64,000 nt of DNA from Macrostomum hystrix (GCA_950097015.1 CATNEN010000033.1:4402001-4466000); one strand, 5' to 3'. Counted from the stretch's first letter, positions 46,925 to 58,901 are shown. Numbers and translations: made by a program. The notes: generated by a model from the letters alone, not told the origin.

Positions 46925-47714
46925 TACTGAGATGCTGCGGACACTTCCTTAGAGAACAGTGATATCATTGCCAGCCATCCAGCAATGATTTAAATTGAGA
47001 AATTTATAATATAATAGAGTTTATAACTTCTATTTTTAATTTATAACTAAGAATATCGACAGAATAATACTCATCATATAAACATATTTTATCAGTTCTC
47101 CCTGAATGGAGGATTATGATCAATTCTCCAAAAGTGAAGATCGTTAGTTTATTTCTCTAAAGATTAAAATCTGTCGATCAAATTTCATGAAGTCTGAAGA
47201 CGTTGAACTGTTTGATCAATTATCGTAAAATGAAGTATCGTAAGTTACCTCAATGAAATCTTTTCTGGCATAATATTTTCGTGGAAGTAGTTTTTATTGC
47301 TTTAAATGCTTAAAAACACTATTATGTACAATGAATGGTGCTATAATTCTGACCAAATCTAATTTTTCTAACTGATTTACATTATCTTATTTTTTTCCAT
47401 TGCATTCTTGTCTTTCAGTCATGTCATCCTTTGAATATAAGATACCAGCGCTATTTTTTAGTTTCTTCCTGTTTCTGATACTCATTTTCGCGTTGTACTA
47501 GTATACCAATGTTTAGTATTCAGAATTGCTACTTGTCTACCGTCTTTTGTCATCAATATCGGATTGAGTGCAAAAAAAAGTTTTATTAAATGGTGTGCGC
47601 AATTACATTTCATTTAAGAAAATGTGTTTTATTTTCTAAAAACTTCAACAGATCAAACTAATTTTCTAGAAAAGCAACGAAGCTAATATATGTACAGTAT
47701 GTACTACAGCCATA

Positions 47715-48000
47715 TCTGAGGCTAGTGTTAGTGGGGTAGAGAATGTGCAGCCAGATCGGAGGCTAGGGTTGGAGGGGGTAGAGAATGTGCAGACAGATCT
47801 GAGGCTAGGGTTGGAGGGGGTAGAGAATGTGCAGCCAGATCTGAGGCTAGGGTTAGTGGGGGTAGAGAATGTGCAGCCAGATCTGAGGCTAGGGTTAGTG
47901 GGGGAAGAGAATCTGCAGCCAGGTCTGAGGCTAGGGTTAGTGGGGGTAGAGAATGTGCAGCCAGATCTGAGGCTAGGGTTAGTGGGGGTAGAGAATGTAC
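47715..48000. repeat. 42-bp tandem repeat
   Basis: GGGTAGAGAATGTGCAGCCAGATCTGAGGCTAGGGTTAGTGG, about 7 copies. Confidence 0.9.
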
Positions 48001-48183
48001 AATCCAAGTGGAGCTAGTGGAGGAAGGCCAGTCAGAACTGAAATTTTGTTTATGTATTTATGTGTAAATAATGTGTTTCTGTTTTCTTCCCTCAATTATT
48101 TTCAGCACTGCTCCTCCGATCAGCTGAGCCGCCTTCTATTAGTTTAAATCGAGAGCAAAACCGCAGCTGCATACAGAGCAGAC

Positions 48184-48966
48184 ATGGCCACAGCAGAGCA
48201 GCACCAGCTCCAGCACCAGCTGCAGCACCAGCCAGTCTCACACGTGCTCACCAGCCGCTTCCTGCCCTCCATGCTGTCAGAAGCTACTGGCATACAGGCC
48301 GAACTCAGCACACCGGAGGCTGTTTCCAACTCCTCCAGCGGAGACACCTGCCGTCAACAGCAGCAGCAGCAGCAGTTTCTTCAACAGCAGCAACAGCAGC
48401 AGCAGCAGCAAAGACAGCAGCAGCTGCAGCAGTCAGTCAGCCAGCCGGAGCAGCAGGAATGGTCCCGCCGCATCTCGGCCGGCCTCTGTCCTCACTGCGA
48501 CGCTCCGGCGTCCACGGAGGAGCAGCGGCACTTTCACGATCGGATACACGCCATGGATGAGCTCTACCGCTGCCAGCTGTGCACAGCCAGATTTGCTTAC
48601 TCCTCCTCTCTGGAGCTGCACATCGCCCTGCACACGGACCGGGACCTGCAGTACCGCCTGCACTGTACCAGGACCCGGCCCAACACGCTGCATCACTTCG
48701 CGTCGCCCCCGCCTCCTAAGAAGCTCTACCTCAGCACTTTCCTTGGCGCTGGCGGCAGCTCAACTCAGCAGCTGCTTCCTCCGCCTCCGCCTGCTCATCA
48801 GCCAATGGACAGCGGCATTGACTTGGCAACCGTTGCTATGACAACAACTACGGCAACAGGCGCAGCAGGCGTGGCTAATCCATTAATGCATTCTAGCGCC
48901 TATGGTTTGACTTCTGTCGATTCTGCGCTGCAGAGGCAGTTGCAGATGCCGCCGCCTCTGACCCAT

Positions 48967-49004
<38 letters not shown>

Positions 49005-49092
49005 CTGCCAGCACCGCTGCGCCCATTGCGGCAAGTCCTACGTCCGATTGGGCAATCTTCGCAACCACCTGCAGCGATCACATCCTTACTGA
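48184..49092 (+). CDS. C2H2 zinc-finger protein with polyQ tracts, 302 aa
   Basis: Fingers CPHCDAPASTEEQRHFHDRIH, YRCQLCTARFAYSSSLELHIALH and HRCAHCGKSYVRLGNLRNHLQRSH; two CAG-rich polyQ runs; in-frame stop upstream at 48145. Confidence 0.85.
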
Positions 49093-50759
49093 GATTAAAT
49101 CCATCATCAGCTAAACTAAACCTAAAGCACAGCTGACGTGCCCAACTGCAATATGAATAAGCTAATTGTTGAACTGTCTTTGGACAACTGGGATCAACAT
49201 GTGTTTTTTTATGCAGAGATTTCATATTTTCTTGTGCAAATTACATTTGTGCATTGCATAATTTAATTTGTGCATGGGTCTTTGTGAATCGTCTATGATT
49301 ATTACTGTCTACAACTAACTGTTATTATTGTTTCTGCTATCATTATATTTATGGTTGCACTATTACTTTTTTTAATCGCGTCCCCGACTTCCGTTTAAGC
49401 TGCCCAAACTCCCAGCAACTCATGTTCAACTGCTCCTAGAAGCATTTTCTCTTTCTCGTTTGGTTTCAAATTTGCATGCCTGTCCGCAACGTGTACCTGC
49501 AGATACTTGATTTAATACTTTCGTCTCACACTATTGGCTGTCCGGACTGGTCGCCTGTCTATGGACTGGTCGCCTGCTCTAATTTAGTTTTCAAGCCACC
49601 ATTTTGCACGCACGCAATCCTAGTCTTCAGTTCAACTGAAACCGCACCGGCCCTCAGCCACCTGGCTACTGTTGCACGATGAGCCAGGGTGGGCCAGCTG
49701 TTTGTCTTTGTTTTCTAATTAACTCTTGATTGTTGCATCCTAAATGCGTCACTATTTGCCTCCGATGTGGACCTCGTAAAACACTGCGCATATTTATATC
49801 ATTTTTACAGACCGCCCACCTACTTCCCCTCACCCCAGCTAAGGACAGCCAAAAATGCTTAGATTCAAAGAGCGAAACTATTAGCTTTCTGTAGGCTTTT
49901 TTTCTTGATCATCTGGTTCTCACCAGCCCGTCTGTCACTGTTTGCTTCGCGTTGTGGATTTGTGCCCTGTTTCAAATTAATTTAGCTGCTAAGTACACCA
50001 TTAAAATAGTCTTGTTTTCTGGTGCGGCCCTAACTTTCACCTCCGATTTGTTATATTGTTGCCTAACTTTGTGTAAGAAAAGCAGAAGCTTAGTAAGGTG
50101 TTCTAAATCTAAAATCTGCTTTCATTTTGATAGTTAATTCCTATAAATCGCTTTGTTTGCGGAGGCCGATGTCAATATTGCTTTATTATTGTACTAAAGA
50201 TCTCTTTTTTGTTCATTTTAATTCGAAGCGCTCACAGTTTTACGTTGTCCGATCGTTGCAGATCCCAGAGAATCAATGCTTTCCCAAGTTGTCCCACTAT
50301 TGTTGTTGCTAATTTCACACAGCTTTTCTGTTTGCCTTGTGCGCTTGTCCTGACTAGAAGTGTCAATAAATTTGGCAATGTATTTCAGAGGCTCATTGCC
50401 TACTATTTAGGATTCGACTGTGTGATAATGTCTCCCAGACCCATTCGTTTCGCCCGCCGATGTTTAACACGTCGAGTCCTTGTGCTCTTTTGTTTTTGAA
50501 GGTCCGTTTCCCTATATTTATAAGTTATAATTATCTGTACTAGTATGTTACATTTTACATGCATTGCAATCAATGGAAATACACAGTATATGTCGTGCGC
50601 ATTCAACTGCTAGTTCTGTTCCTTGCTTTTCTATTTGGACTTAGGTTAGAATGTAAACTAGGTTTAAAGATAAAAGGATAGAAAAGTCTTCGTTTCGCTC
50701 ACCACCTACTTCAATACTTACCTAACAGCCGCCACCCCACCATTGTACTTGTCTTGTAC

Positions 50760-51185
50760 AGCCCTTCTTACCCTTCCCCCCAACCAATGTGCGTACATTC
50801 TATTGTGCAGGCCTTCGTACCCTTCCCCCCAACCAATGTACGTACATTCTATTGTGCAGGCCTTCGTACCCTTCCCCCCAACCAATCTACGTACATTCTA
50901 TTGTGCAGGCCTTCGTACCCTTCCCCCCAACCAATGTACGTACATTCTATTGTGCAGGCCTTCGTACCCTTCCCCCCAACCAATGTACGTACATTCTATT
51001 GTGCAGGCCTTCGTACCCTTCCCCCCCAACCAATGTACGTACATTATATTGTGCAGGCCTTCGTACCCTTCCCCCCCAACCAATGTACGTACATTCTATT
51101 GTGCAGGCCTTCGTACCCTTCCCCCAACCAATGTACGTACATTATATTGTACAGGCCTTCGTACCCTTCTCCCAAACAATGTACG
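50760..51185. repeat. 49-bp minisatellite (CCAATGTACGTACATTCTATTGTGCAGGCCTTCGTACCCTTCCCCCCAA)
   Basis: About 9 copies immediately upstream of TMX2. Confidence 0.9.
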
Positions 51186-51297
51186 TATATTGTACACGTA
51201 TGCATCTACGTACAGGTCTTTGTCTACCTTATCTACCCTCCGCCTCCCCAATTGAGTAGCACTGAAGCGCATGTTTGGCTGCTCACTCAATTAGAAT

Positions 51298-52760
51298 ATG
51301 CTAATTAGCTTTGCTAAATCTCTGCAGGCGATCCCCAGCCTGAGATCTCTGGTCAGCCAGGCTGCGCTGGACCAGGCCCTGACCCTGCTCCATCCCTACT
51401 TCCTGGTCAACTTCCTCATGGCCGGGGCCTTCATCATAGCCAAGACTTTGCCCCCGATGTGCACCTACCTGTTCGATAACTGCCTGCTGGAGCTGCGGCA
51501 ATGGGAGATCTTTACCTTCCTCGGCTGCGTGATTGTCTTCAAGAACAAACGGCAGCCGACTGTGGCCAGCTATCTCACCAACTTCTGCATGTACGCCAAG
51601 ATGTCCAACATGGTGATGTTCTTCCAGGAAAATCCGGCCTATGCGGTTGCCTACGCCCTGGTGTGGCTCGTGCAGGTGCGAAATCTGTCTGACGAATTAC
51701 TCTATTCACTGATAAAATGAGGGTGAACTGGACAACGGGGAGAAGATAAACTTGATAGCAGGCAGGAAATCAGATGAACAGATATGACTATTTTAGGCGA
51801 TAGCAACTAAAAAAATATGCGACCGACAGTGAGACCAATCTTCAATAAGAGATTCCTATCTACAGTAGGGGATTCCCATTTAATCTAGGGGATTACCTTC
51901 GAAAGTAGGGGATTCTTATCTAAAGTTAGGGATTCTCATCTAAAGTTGGGGATTCCCATCTAAAGAAGGGGGTATTCCCATCTAAAGTAGGTTCCCATTT
52001 ACTCTAGGGGATTACCTTCGAAAGTAGGGGATTCTCATCTAAAGTTAGGGATTCTCATCTAAAGTTGGGGATTCCCATCTAAAGTAGGGGATTCCCATCT
52101 AAAGAAGGGGGCATTCCCATCTAAAGTAGGTTCCCATTTACTCTAGGGGATTACCTTCGAAAGTAGGGGATTCTCATCTAAAGTTAGGGATTCTCATCTA
52201 AAGTTGGGGATTCCCATCTAAAGTAAGGGATTCCCAATCCCGATTAAATCATTGCCCATACCTGGCAACCCCCGCCTTCCGATTTGTCCCCCGGCAGACT
52301 TCGCTACTTCGGCAGCCAGTTTACCGCGGCCCGGACGCCGTCGTCTACTTTAACGACAAGACACTGGAGGAGGAGCTGCGGTCCTGCGATCCCCGAGTTC
52401 ACTGGCTCATCGAGTTCTACGCAGTCTGGTCGCCGCCCTGCTCCGACCTGGCGCCCGTCTTTGCCCGCCTGTCCAACGACTACGGCCTGGACAACCTGCG
52501 CTTCGGCAAGCTGGACGTGACCAAATATCCTAAAGTGGCCGAGAAGTACGGCATCGACCAGAGCGGCTGGAGCCGCCAGCTGCCCTCGGTGGTGCTGATC
52601 CGGGCCAACAAGGAGCTGGACAGGCGGCCCCTAGTAGGCGCCAAGAAGCGCGTGGCCCGGTTCGTGTTCAGCTACGACAATTTGGTGGCCGCATTCGGCC
52701 TAGCAGAGCTGCACAATGAGTGCAGCAAGAATCCGCTGCGGCCAAACTCTGCTGCTCAAA

Positions 52761-52799
<39 letters not shown>

Positions 52800-52819
52800 C
52801 AGACAAGAAAACTGATTGA
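51298..52819 (+). CDS. TMX2: Thioredoxin-related transmembrane protein 2
   Basis: Exons 51298 (or acceptor 51328)-51675 and 52298-52819, phase 0. HPYFL...KTLPPMC...EIFTFLGCVIVFKNKR, PVYRGPDAVVYFNDKTLEEEL, WLIEFYAVWSPPC (SxxC site typical of TMX2), FGKLDV, RQLPSVVL; C-terminal polyQ. Confidence 0.93.
51870..52245. repeat. About 20-bp composite minisatellite (GGGGATTCCCATCTAAAGTA) in the TMX2 intron
   Basis: Tandem variants with a higher-order block repeated about 3 times. Confidence 0.85.
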
Positions 52820-53854
52820 TTTAAGATTCTAGCCTGAATTAAAACAAATAAGAAGTAAAAGTGCATGCCTTTATTATCTTTTGAATGTTTTTCTGTAACT
52901 TATAGATAGAATTTTCCCTATGCCTAATTAGTCATCAAAGCTACCTTTTCAATATTTAAGTGTTTAGTAACCACTAGGATCTATGCCCTCTCTTCTAGTT
53001 ACTATGTGGATTGGGAAGTGTCCTTCTTTAATCAGTTACTCGTAGATAAAATTATACGAAATTATTTTAATAACCATACTACTAAAAACCTCCATAAGAA
53101 GGTAGTCTGTTGCGCATTTTACAGGTATTTTCGCTATCGGATAGTCTCGTTTTTTATTTCTCTTAAGAAAGTAAGCTCGATATTGTTGGGCAGCCCAGCA
53201 GTCAATATGGGACACAGCTGAGGATTTTAAATGTTTTGATTTCTTGAGACCGCACTTATTTTATTGATCCATTGTTATTAACCAACCTTCATCTAAAACC
53301 TGTGCAAAATTTCTAACCAAGCTTTCATGCGCTAACCTTATTCAACTTTCAGTGTTTCTGTGGCACACACTACTGAAAGTAGCATTAGTACCCATTTTTT
53401 TAAATGCCTTCGTCGTTGCATTGCCTGTTAAATTTCTTTGTAGAAGAAAGTAATGGTCAGGTATTTGCATTGCTCAAAGTTTGTGTCTGCCTGTTTGTCA
53501 CCTCTTTGCATTGGTCGCATCCTCTAGGTTCTTTTGTGTCATTTTCTATTACAATAGCTGAGAGCTTTGCCATTTAGCTGGCTTTGTTCAGTTTTTAAAC
53601 TACCTTTTTTCCGTGCGTGTTATTAAATATTAGTTTAATCTAATTAGTGAACAATGAAACCTTGTCTGTTGGGTTTGTTGATTTTTTTATCTTACTATGG
53701 GCATTCTTTCAAGCCAGTCTCCAACTCAGCACTAGGCTGACTTAGTTGCTAATTGAATATTGAAGAGCCGAAAAGTCCGCTTGATGCACGAATTTTTAAG
53801 TCTTGACAACAGGGCAGAGAACTGACTATGTGCACTCAAAGATCAAGGAATATT

Positions 53855-54030
53855 TTTAATGTACACTTGGGGCAGGAAGTTCCATTAAATGTACGTTAGG
53901 GGCAGGGAATTCCGTGGAATTAAAAAGGAAATTTAATCTGGTGTACATTAGGGGTAGGAAATGCCATCAGATGTACATTAGAGGCAGGGAATAGCGTGGC
54001 ATGTACATTAAGTGACAGGGAATTCCGCTC
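53855..54030. repeat. Degenerate AATGTACA..GGGGCAGG tandem repeat upstream of COPS4
   Basis: About 5 diverged units. Confidence 0.6.
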
Positions 54031-54126
54031 CATGTAGCTCGTGCAGTGGGCCAGGAAATATCATCGTGTGTGCATTTTGGGTCAGGTGGATTTCCGACCG
54101 ACCGCCTTCCCCTCCAGCCGGTCGCA

Positions 54127-56766
54127 ATGAGCAGCCAATTAGAAGAAGAGCTTCGCCGCATCAGCGCCATCGACAGCGCCTCCGTGGCCGTCCACAAATA
54201 CGAACTGCTGCTCAAGACCATCCTTAGCCAGGAGCTGGACCTGGCCAAAGCTCAGCTGCACTTGTTCTTGAACTTCCTGTTGGACGAGTCTGTCGGCCTG
54301 GCTGTGTCCAGACAGGTGGTGGCGGACCTGGTCGACCTGCTCAGCAGCCGAATTGAGGCCAGTGCCCAGTTTGGTCTGGAGACCTGCCAAGTGATGCTGA
54401 CCTGCCTGCAGAACCGGGCCATCTCCTTCGAGGATCAGATTGTCGGCGTCCGGCAGCTTCTGGCTCGCGGCCTGGAATCCCAGGGTCGCTACCTGCAGGC
54501 TGCGGAGGCGCTGGCGGCCATCGACATGGAGTCGGTGCAGAAACAATTCAGGTTGGTGGCACTCTTGTCTGCTCCTTGGGTTAAACTTACCAACGTTAGC
54601 TAGGGTGATTGAAGATGGATGTCCATGGACTGAACAGCCGTACACAGCCTTCAGATGCGGCGCGCAAAAGCTGCGGCTGTGCTGTTGGCTGCTTGTCAGA
54701 AGCTCTCAGATCACCATCGCAGTTTTCCGCTCGCCCTCCCCACCCTGACTCAGCCGCGACGAGAAAGCCCGTGTGCTGCTGAAGACAGTCGAGCTCTACC
54801 TGCGAGAGAAGGACGCCGACAAGGCCGAGCAGGCGCTCAGCCGCTGCCAGCTGGCCGCTAAGGACCCGCCGCACCTGCACCAGTACAAGGTGAGTGCATG
54901 CTCCTTCTCATTTTCCGCCACTTCATACTCAATCTTCACATCTTTACTAGTATATACTCGATCTCCACCACCTTGAGAATCCGCACATATCCAGCTATCT
55001 ATCCTGTGAATACCACCTGCCAGGTGTACTACGCCAGAGTACTAGACCTGAAGGGCAAGTTCTATGAGGCGGCCATGCGCTACATGGAGCTGTCACTGCA
55101 AGCTGGCGAGCCGGAGATCCAGATGCAGCACCTGGAGGCTGCCACGGTGTGCACCGTGCTCTGCCCGGCCTCTTCGCAGCGCTCCGCCATGCTGGCCAGG
55201 TTGTACAAGGACGAGCGCTGCCAGAGACTCGCCTGGCGCGGCCTGGTTGAGAAGCTTTTTCAGGTAGACAATTTCATTATATGCCAAAGCTTTATCATGT
55301 TTTCTTCAGCTTTGAGCACCCAGCATGACTCCCAATTCTTCAGCTTTGAGCACCCAGCATGACTCCCAATTCTTCAGCTGTGAGCACCCAGCATGACTCC
55401 CAATTCTTCAGCTTTGAGCACCCAGAAAGACTCCCAATTCTTCAGCTTTGAGCACCCAGAAAGACTCCCAATTCTTCAGCTTTGAGCACCCAGCATGACT
55501 CCCAATTCTTCAGCTTTGAGCACCCAGCATGACTCCCAATTCTTCAGCTTTGAGCACCCAGCATGACTCCCAATTCTTCAGCTTTGAGCACCCAGCATGA
55601 CTCCCAATTCTTCAGCTTTGAGCACCCAGCATGACTCCCAATTCTTCAGCTGTGAGCACCCAGCATGACTCCCAATTCTTCAGCTGTGAGCACCCAGCAT
55701 GACTCCCAATTCTTCAGCTTTGAGCACCCAGCATGACTCCCAATTCTTCAGCTTTGAGCACCCAGCATGACTCCCAATTCTTCAGCTTTGAGCACCCAGC
55801 AAGACTCCCAATTCTTCTGCTTTGAGCACCCAGCATGACTCCCAATTCTTCAGCTTTGAGCACCCAGCATGACTCCCAATTCTTCAGCTTTGAGCACCCA
55901 GAAAGACTCCCAATTCTTCAGCTTTGAGCACCCAGCATGACTCCCAATTCTTCAGCTGTGAGCACCCAGCATGACTCCCAATTCTTCAGCTTTGAGCACC
56001 CAGAAAGACTCCCAATTCTTCAGCTTTGAGCACCCAGCATGACTCCCAATTCTTCAGCTGTGAGCACCCAGCATGACTCCCAATTCTTCAGCTGTGAGCA
56101 CCCAGCATGACTCCCAATTCTTCAGCTTTGAGCACCCAGCAAGACTCCCAATTCTTCAGCTTTGAGCACCCAGCATGACTCCCAATTCTTCAGCTTTGAG
56201 CACCCAGAAAGACTCCCAATTCTTTAGGTTTGAGCACCAAGCATTCTCCGCATTCCTGAGGCTTAGATTCCTAGAAATCAAGTATTAACAGTTCATTCCG
56301 AATCCGCAAATCTGACAGCCCTAATTCCCTTCTGCTGCTCCAGGAGCGGCTGGTTCGCCGAGACGAGCTCCACGGCTTCTCCGCCTGCCTGCAGCCGCAC
56401 CAGCGCCTGGCCAACTCGGACGCTGACGGCCTCACCACGCTGGAGTCCGCCGTTGCTGAACACAACCTGCTGGCTGTCAGCCGGCTGTACAACAATATCA
56501 GCCTCCGGGATCTGGGCCAGCTGCTGGAGGTTCAACCTGAACGGGCGGAGCGCCTGGCGGCTCGCATGATCGCCGAACAAAGACTGGCCGGCTGCATCGA
56601 CCAGATCAGCGGCTTTGTCAGCTTCGAAGAGCGGCATCCGATGAACCTGTGGGACTGCCGCATTCGCGACCTGTGCGAGCGGGTCAACGCAGTGTGCGAG
56701 AGAATCTCTGGCCTCCATCCGGACTGGTATCAGGCCGCCTGCCAGGCTGTGCAAGCCAATCCTTGA
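54127..56766 (+). CDS. COPS4: COP9 signalosome subunit 4, 407 aa
   Basis: Exons 54127-54551, 54754-54889, 55024-55263, 56344-56766 (phases 2,0,0; 1224 nt). Motifs: LAVSRQVV, RAISFEDQI, YARVLDLKGKFYEAAMRY, QRSAMLARLYKDERC, AVAEHNLLAVSRLYNNIS, IDQISGFVSF (PCI domain). Confidence 0.96.
54600..54655 (+). mobile_element. SINE 3' fragment in COPS4 intron 1
   Basis: GTCCATGGACTGAACAGCCGTACACAGCC matches the tail at 9268-9298. Confidence 0.5.
55300..56240. repeat. 34-bp minisatellite (TGAGCACCCAGCATGACTCCCAATTCTTCAGCTT) in COPS4 intron 3
   Basis: About 27 copies filling most of the intron. Confidence 0.95.
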
Positions 56767-58094
56767 CATGGTCGGCCTGCACAAGGAAATACCTCATGAT
56801 TATAACTCCTTACTCTGAGCTCATTGGTCCACTAGACCAATCTAGTGGACTGACCAATCGGGAGTAAGAAATCAGGTCGGAGGTGGTTGCCACAGTTCGT
56901 CCTTCACTAATTCGTCGCAATTGATTTGGCCAATCAAAGTGTTGTAGTAGTAAGAACTCGGGTGGATTCTGGATTACACTCGCTCATTGCTACTCAACAG
57001 TTCGTTACTGAATGTTAAAGCAATTAAAAAAATCTAAGATATTAAGGTTAAATATAGCGTGTTTCATAGCTGTTGGCGTTCAAAAGCTTGTGTTACATTA
57101 AGCTACAATCTTTGCCTGCCTGCTCATTTCTCCCAGCCGTCAGTAATATGTAGCAACAATCACTGTTCGCTTGCTCTTGTCCAGCATTTTTCTCATGTCT
57201 TTTGATACCAGTGTAATAAGCTGTACGATCGCGAATAAATACGTTATGAAATCATGATAGGTTTATATATCTTGATAATCTTGATTAATTTAACTTCCTT
57301 TATTATTCGATAATTGGGAAACTAACTGAAAAGCGGTAAGTTAAAAACCATATTCACTGTGGCTTTTAATACGTGTAATACTACTCTATGATATAAATGT
57401 TAGATTACCAACTTCAGACTTAAGAATGGTTAAGGTTCAAAATAATCTAGTATAAAATAAAGATTGTTACTTACTCGCACTCGAGTTTTTTAAAACTCGT
57501 ACCATTTTAGTGCCCATTTCGCGAGTATATATCGCAACAATCTAATTGTTATGCAAACATAGCACCTTTAGAAACTTTACATTGGGATAGTGCGATTCGC
57601 TTGCCTACTGTGAGTATAAAGCCCAATATGCTAAGCCCACCAATATGTGTTACTACAAAAAGCATTGTTTATACATTTATGCCATCCACAGTACATTATT
57701 AATTATTTAAGAAATAAGAACTTTACAACTTAACAATCAAGAACCATCTATTTGTAGTAATACGAAATGAAGTGCTTAATTCTCTACTACTGACTGACGC
57801 ATCTTCCACTATATCGTATAATATCGACATTCATTTCGTTTCATATAACGAAGCATCGAAAAATTCGAGTTTTCGTTATCCAGTAATTTAGATTCAGTTC
57901 AATCTAGTAAATGTTTCTTTGAAAGTCTTTCTGTTAGCGTGTGGTCTAGGCTCTAAATCTTTCAAATTGATAATTATTTACTTGGGTTCATCTTATAAGC
58001 AGAATATCATTTGCATTGGTTTATACTTGCTTTTTATAAAGAAGCTTAAAAGTTATCTTTGAGCAAGGCCTAATAAAAAAGATATATTATTATA

Positions 58095-58739
58095 GCTTAT
58101 TCCCACGGTCCCGTGCCGATAATTTTCTGCTTATACACAGCAGCTTGTATGAATAGGTCTAAAACTCTTTATATAAATATGCCGTGCCATTAATTTCAAT
58201 TTTATCCACACGGTTCTGTTCTTTAAAACGAGGCCCTTTCGGGTTTGAACGTTTTGTTGAACCCTCGAGTCAATAGATCGAAAAAGTTGACAGTGTGTTA
58301 CGACTTACGACAGTGTTCTACATTCGACCTACACATTCATTAACCGACATTAATGTCATCCTTTTTGATTATTGTAATAACAACTTACTAAATCTTTTGT
58401 CATCGTTACGTGTTTTCATTCGAATTGTATTGACTTAAAAAAGTAAGAAGTCTATCTAAGAAAATCATACGAGTCAACCAGCAGAATTCTAGTCAGCACA
58501 GCACCAAACTCGTCACACATATTATAAATCATTTTTATTCTTTTACACTAGGCCTATGCATTGATAGTGTACACGATACACTATACTCTGAAGCAAAAGA
58601 CTTATGCTCAGAGAAGAATAGGTAGGGACTTGAAAGTAGACCTATTCATACAAGCTGCCGTGTAGATAAGCAGAAAATTATCGGCACGGATCCCTGTGGA
58701 TAAAATTGAAATTATCGGCACGGGACCGTAGGAATAAGC
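58095..58739. mobile_element. MITE-like element with modular inverted arms
   Basis: GCTTATTCCCACGGTCCCGTGCCGATAATT ... AATTATCGGCACGGGACCGTAGGAATAAGC, plus a second inverted block of about 45 bp (58121-58161 vs 58638-58680); no TSD recognised. Confidence 0.65.
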
Positions 58740-58901
58740 ACTTCCATTTTTAAATATATGTCCTAGGGCTTCTCTCTATTCAATACAATGTTACCAAATT
58801 TGTTGTAGGGCTGATTTTATCCTACCAAAGTTGTACTAATATTTAATATGCCACCAAAGTTGTTACAGGCTTCTACACTTTTTATTCACTTTATTCAAGT
58901 A

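Noticed and set aside
40266-51308. Repetitive ORFs at 40266-40806, 43336-44097, 47666-48017 and 50743-51308
   Set aside because: All lie within 42-49-bp or complex tandem arrays.
54046-54126. 27-aa N-terminal extension of COPS4 shown in the ORF track
   Set aside because: It starts at a GTG, not an ATG, and spans a pyrimidine-rich acceptor. ATG 54127 gives 407 aa, the expected CSN4 size.
5851-56240. Tandem arrays as CRISPR arrays
   Set aside because: Units are directly adjacent with no unique spacers, there are no cas genes, and the context is eukaryotic and intronic.
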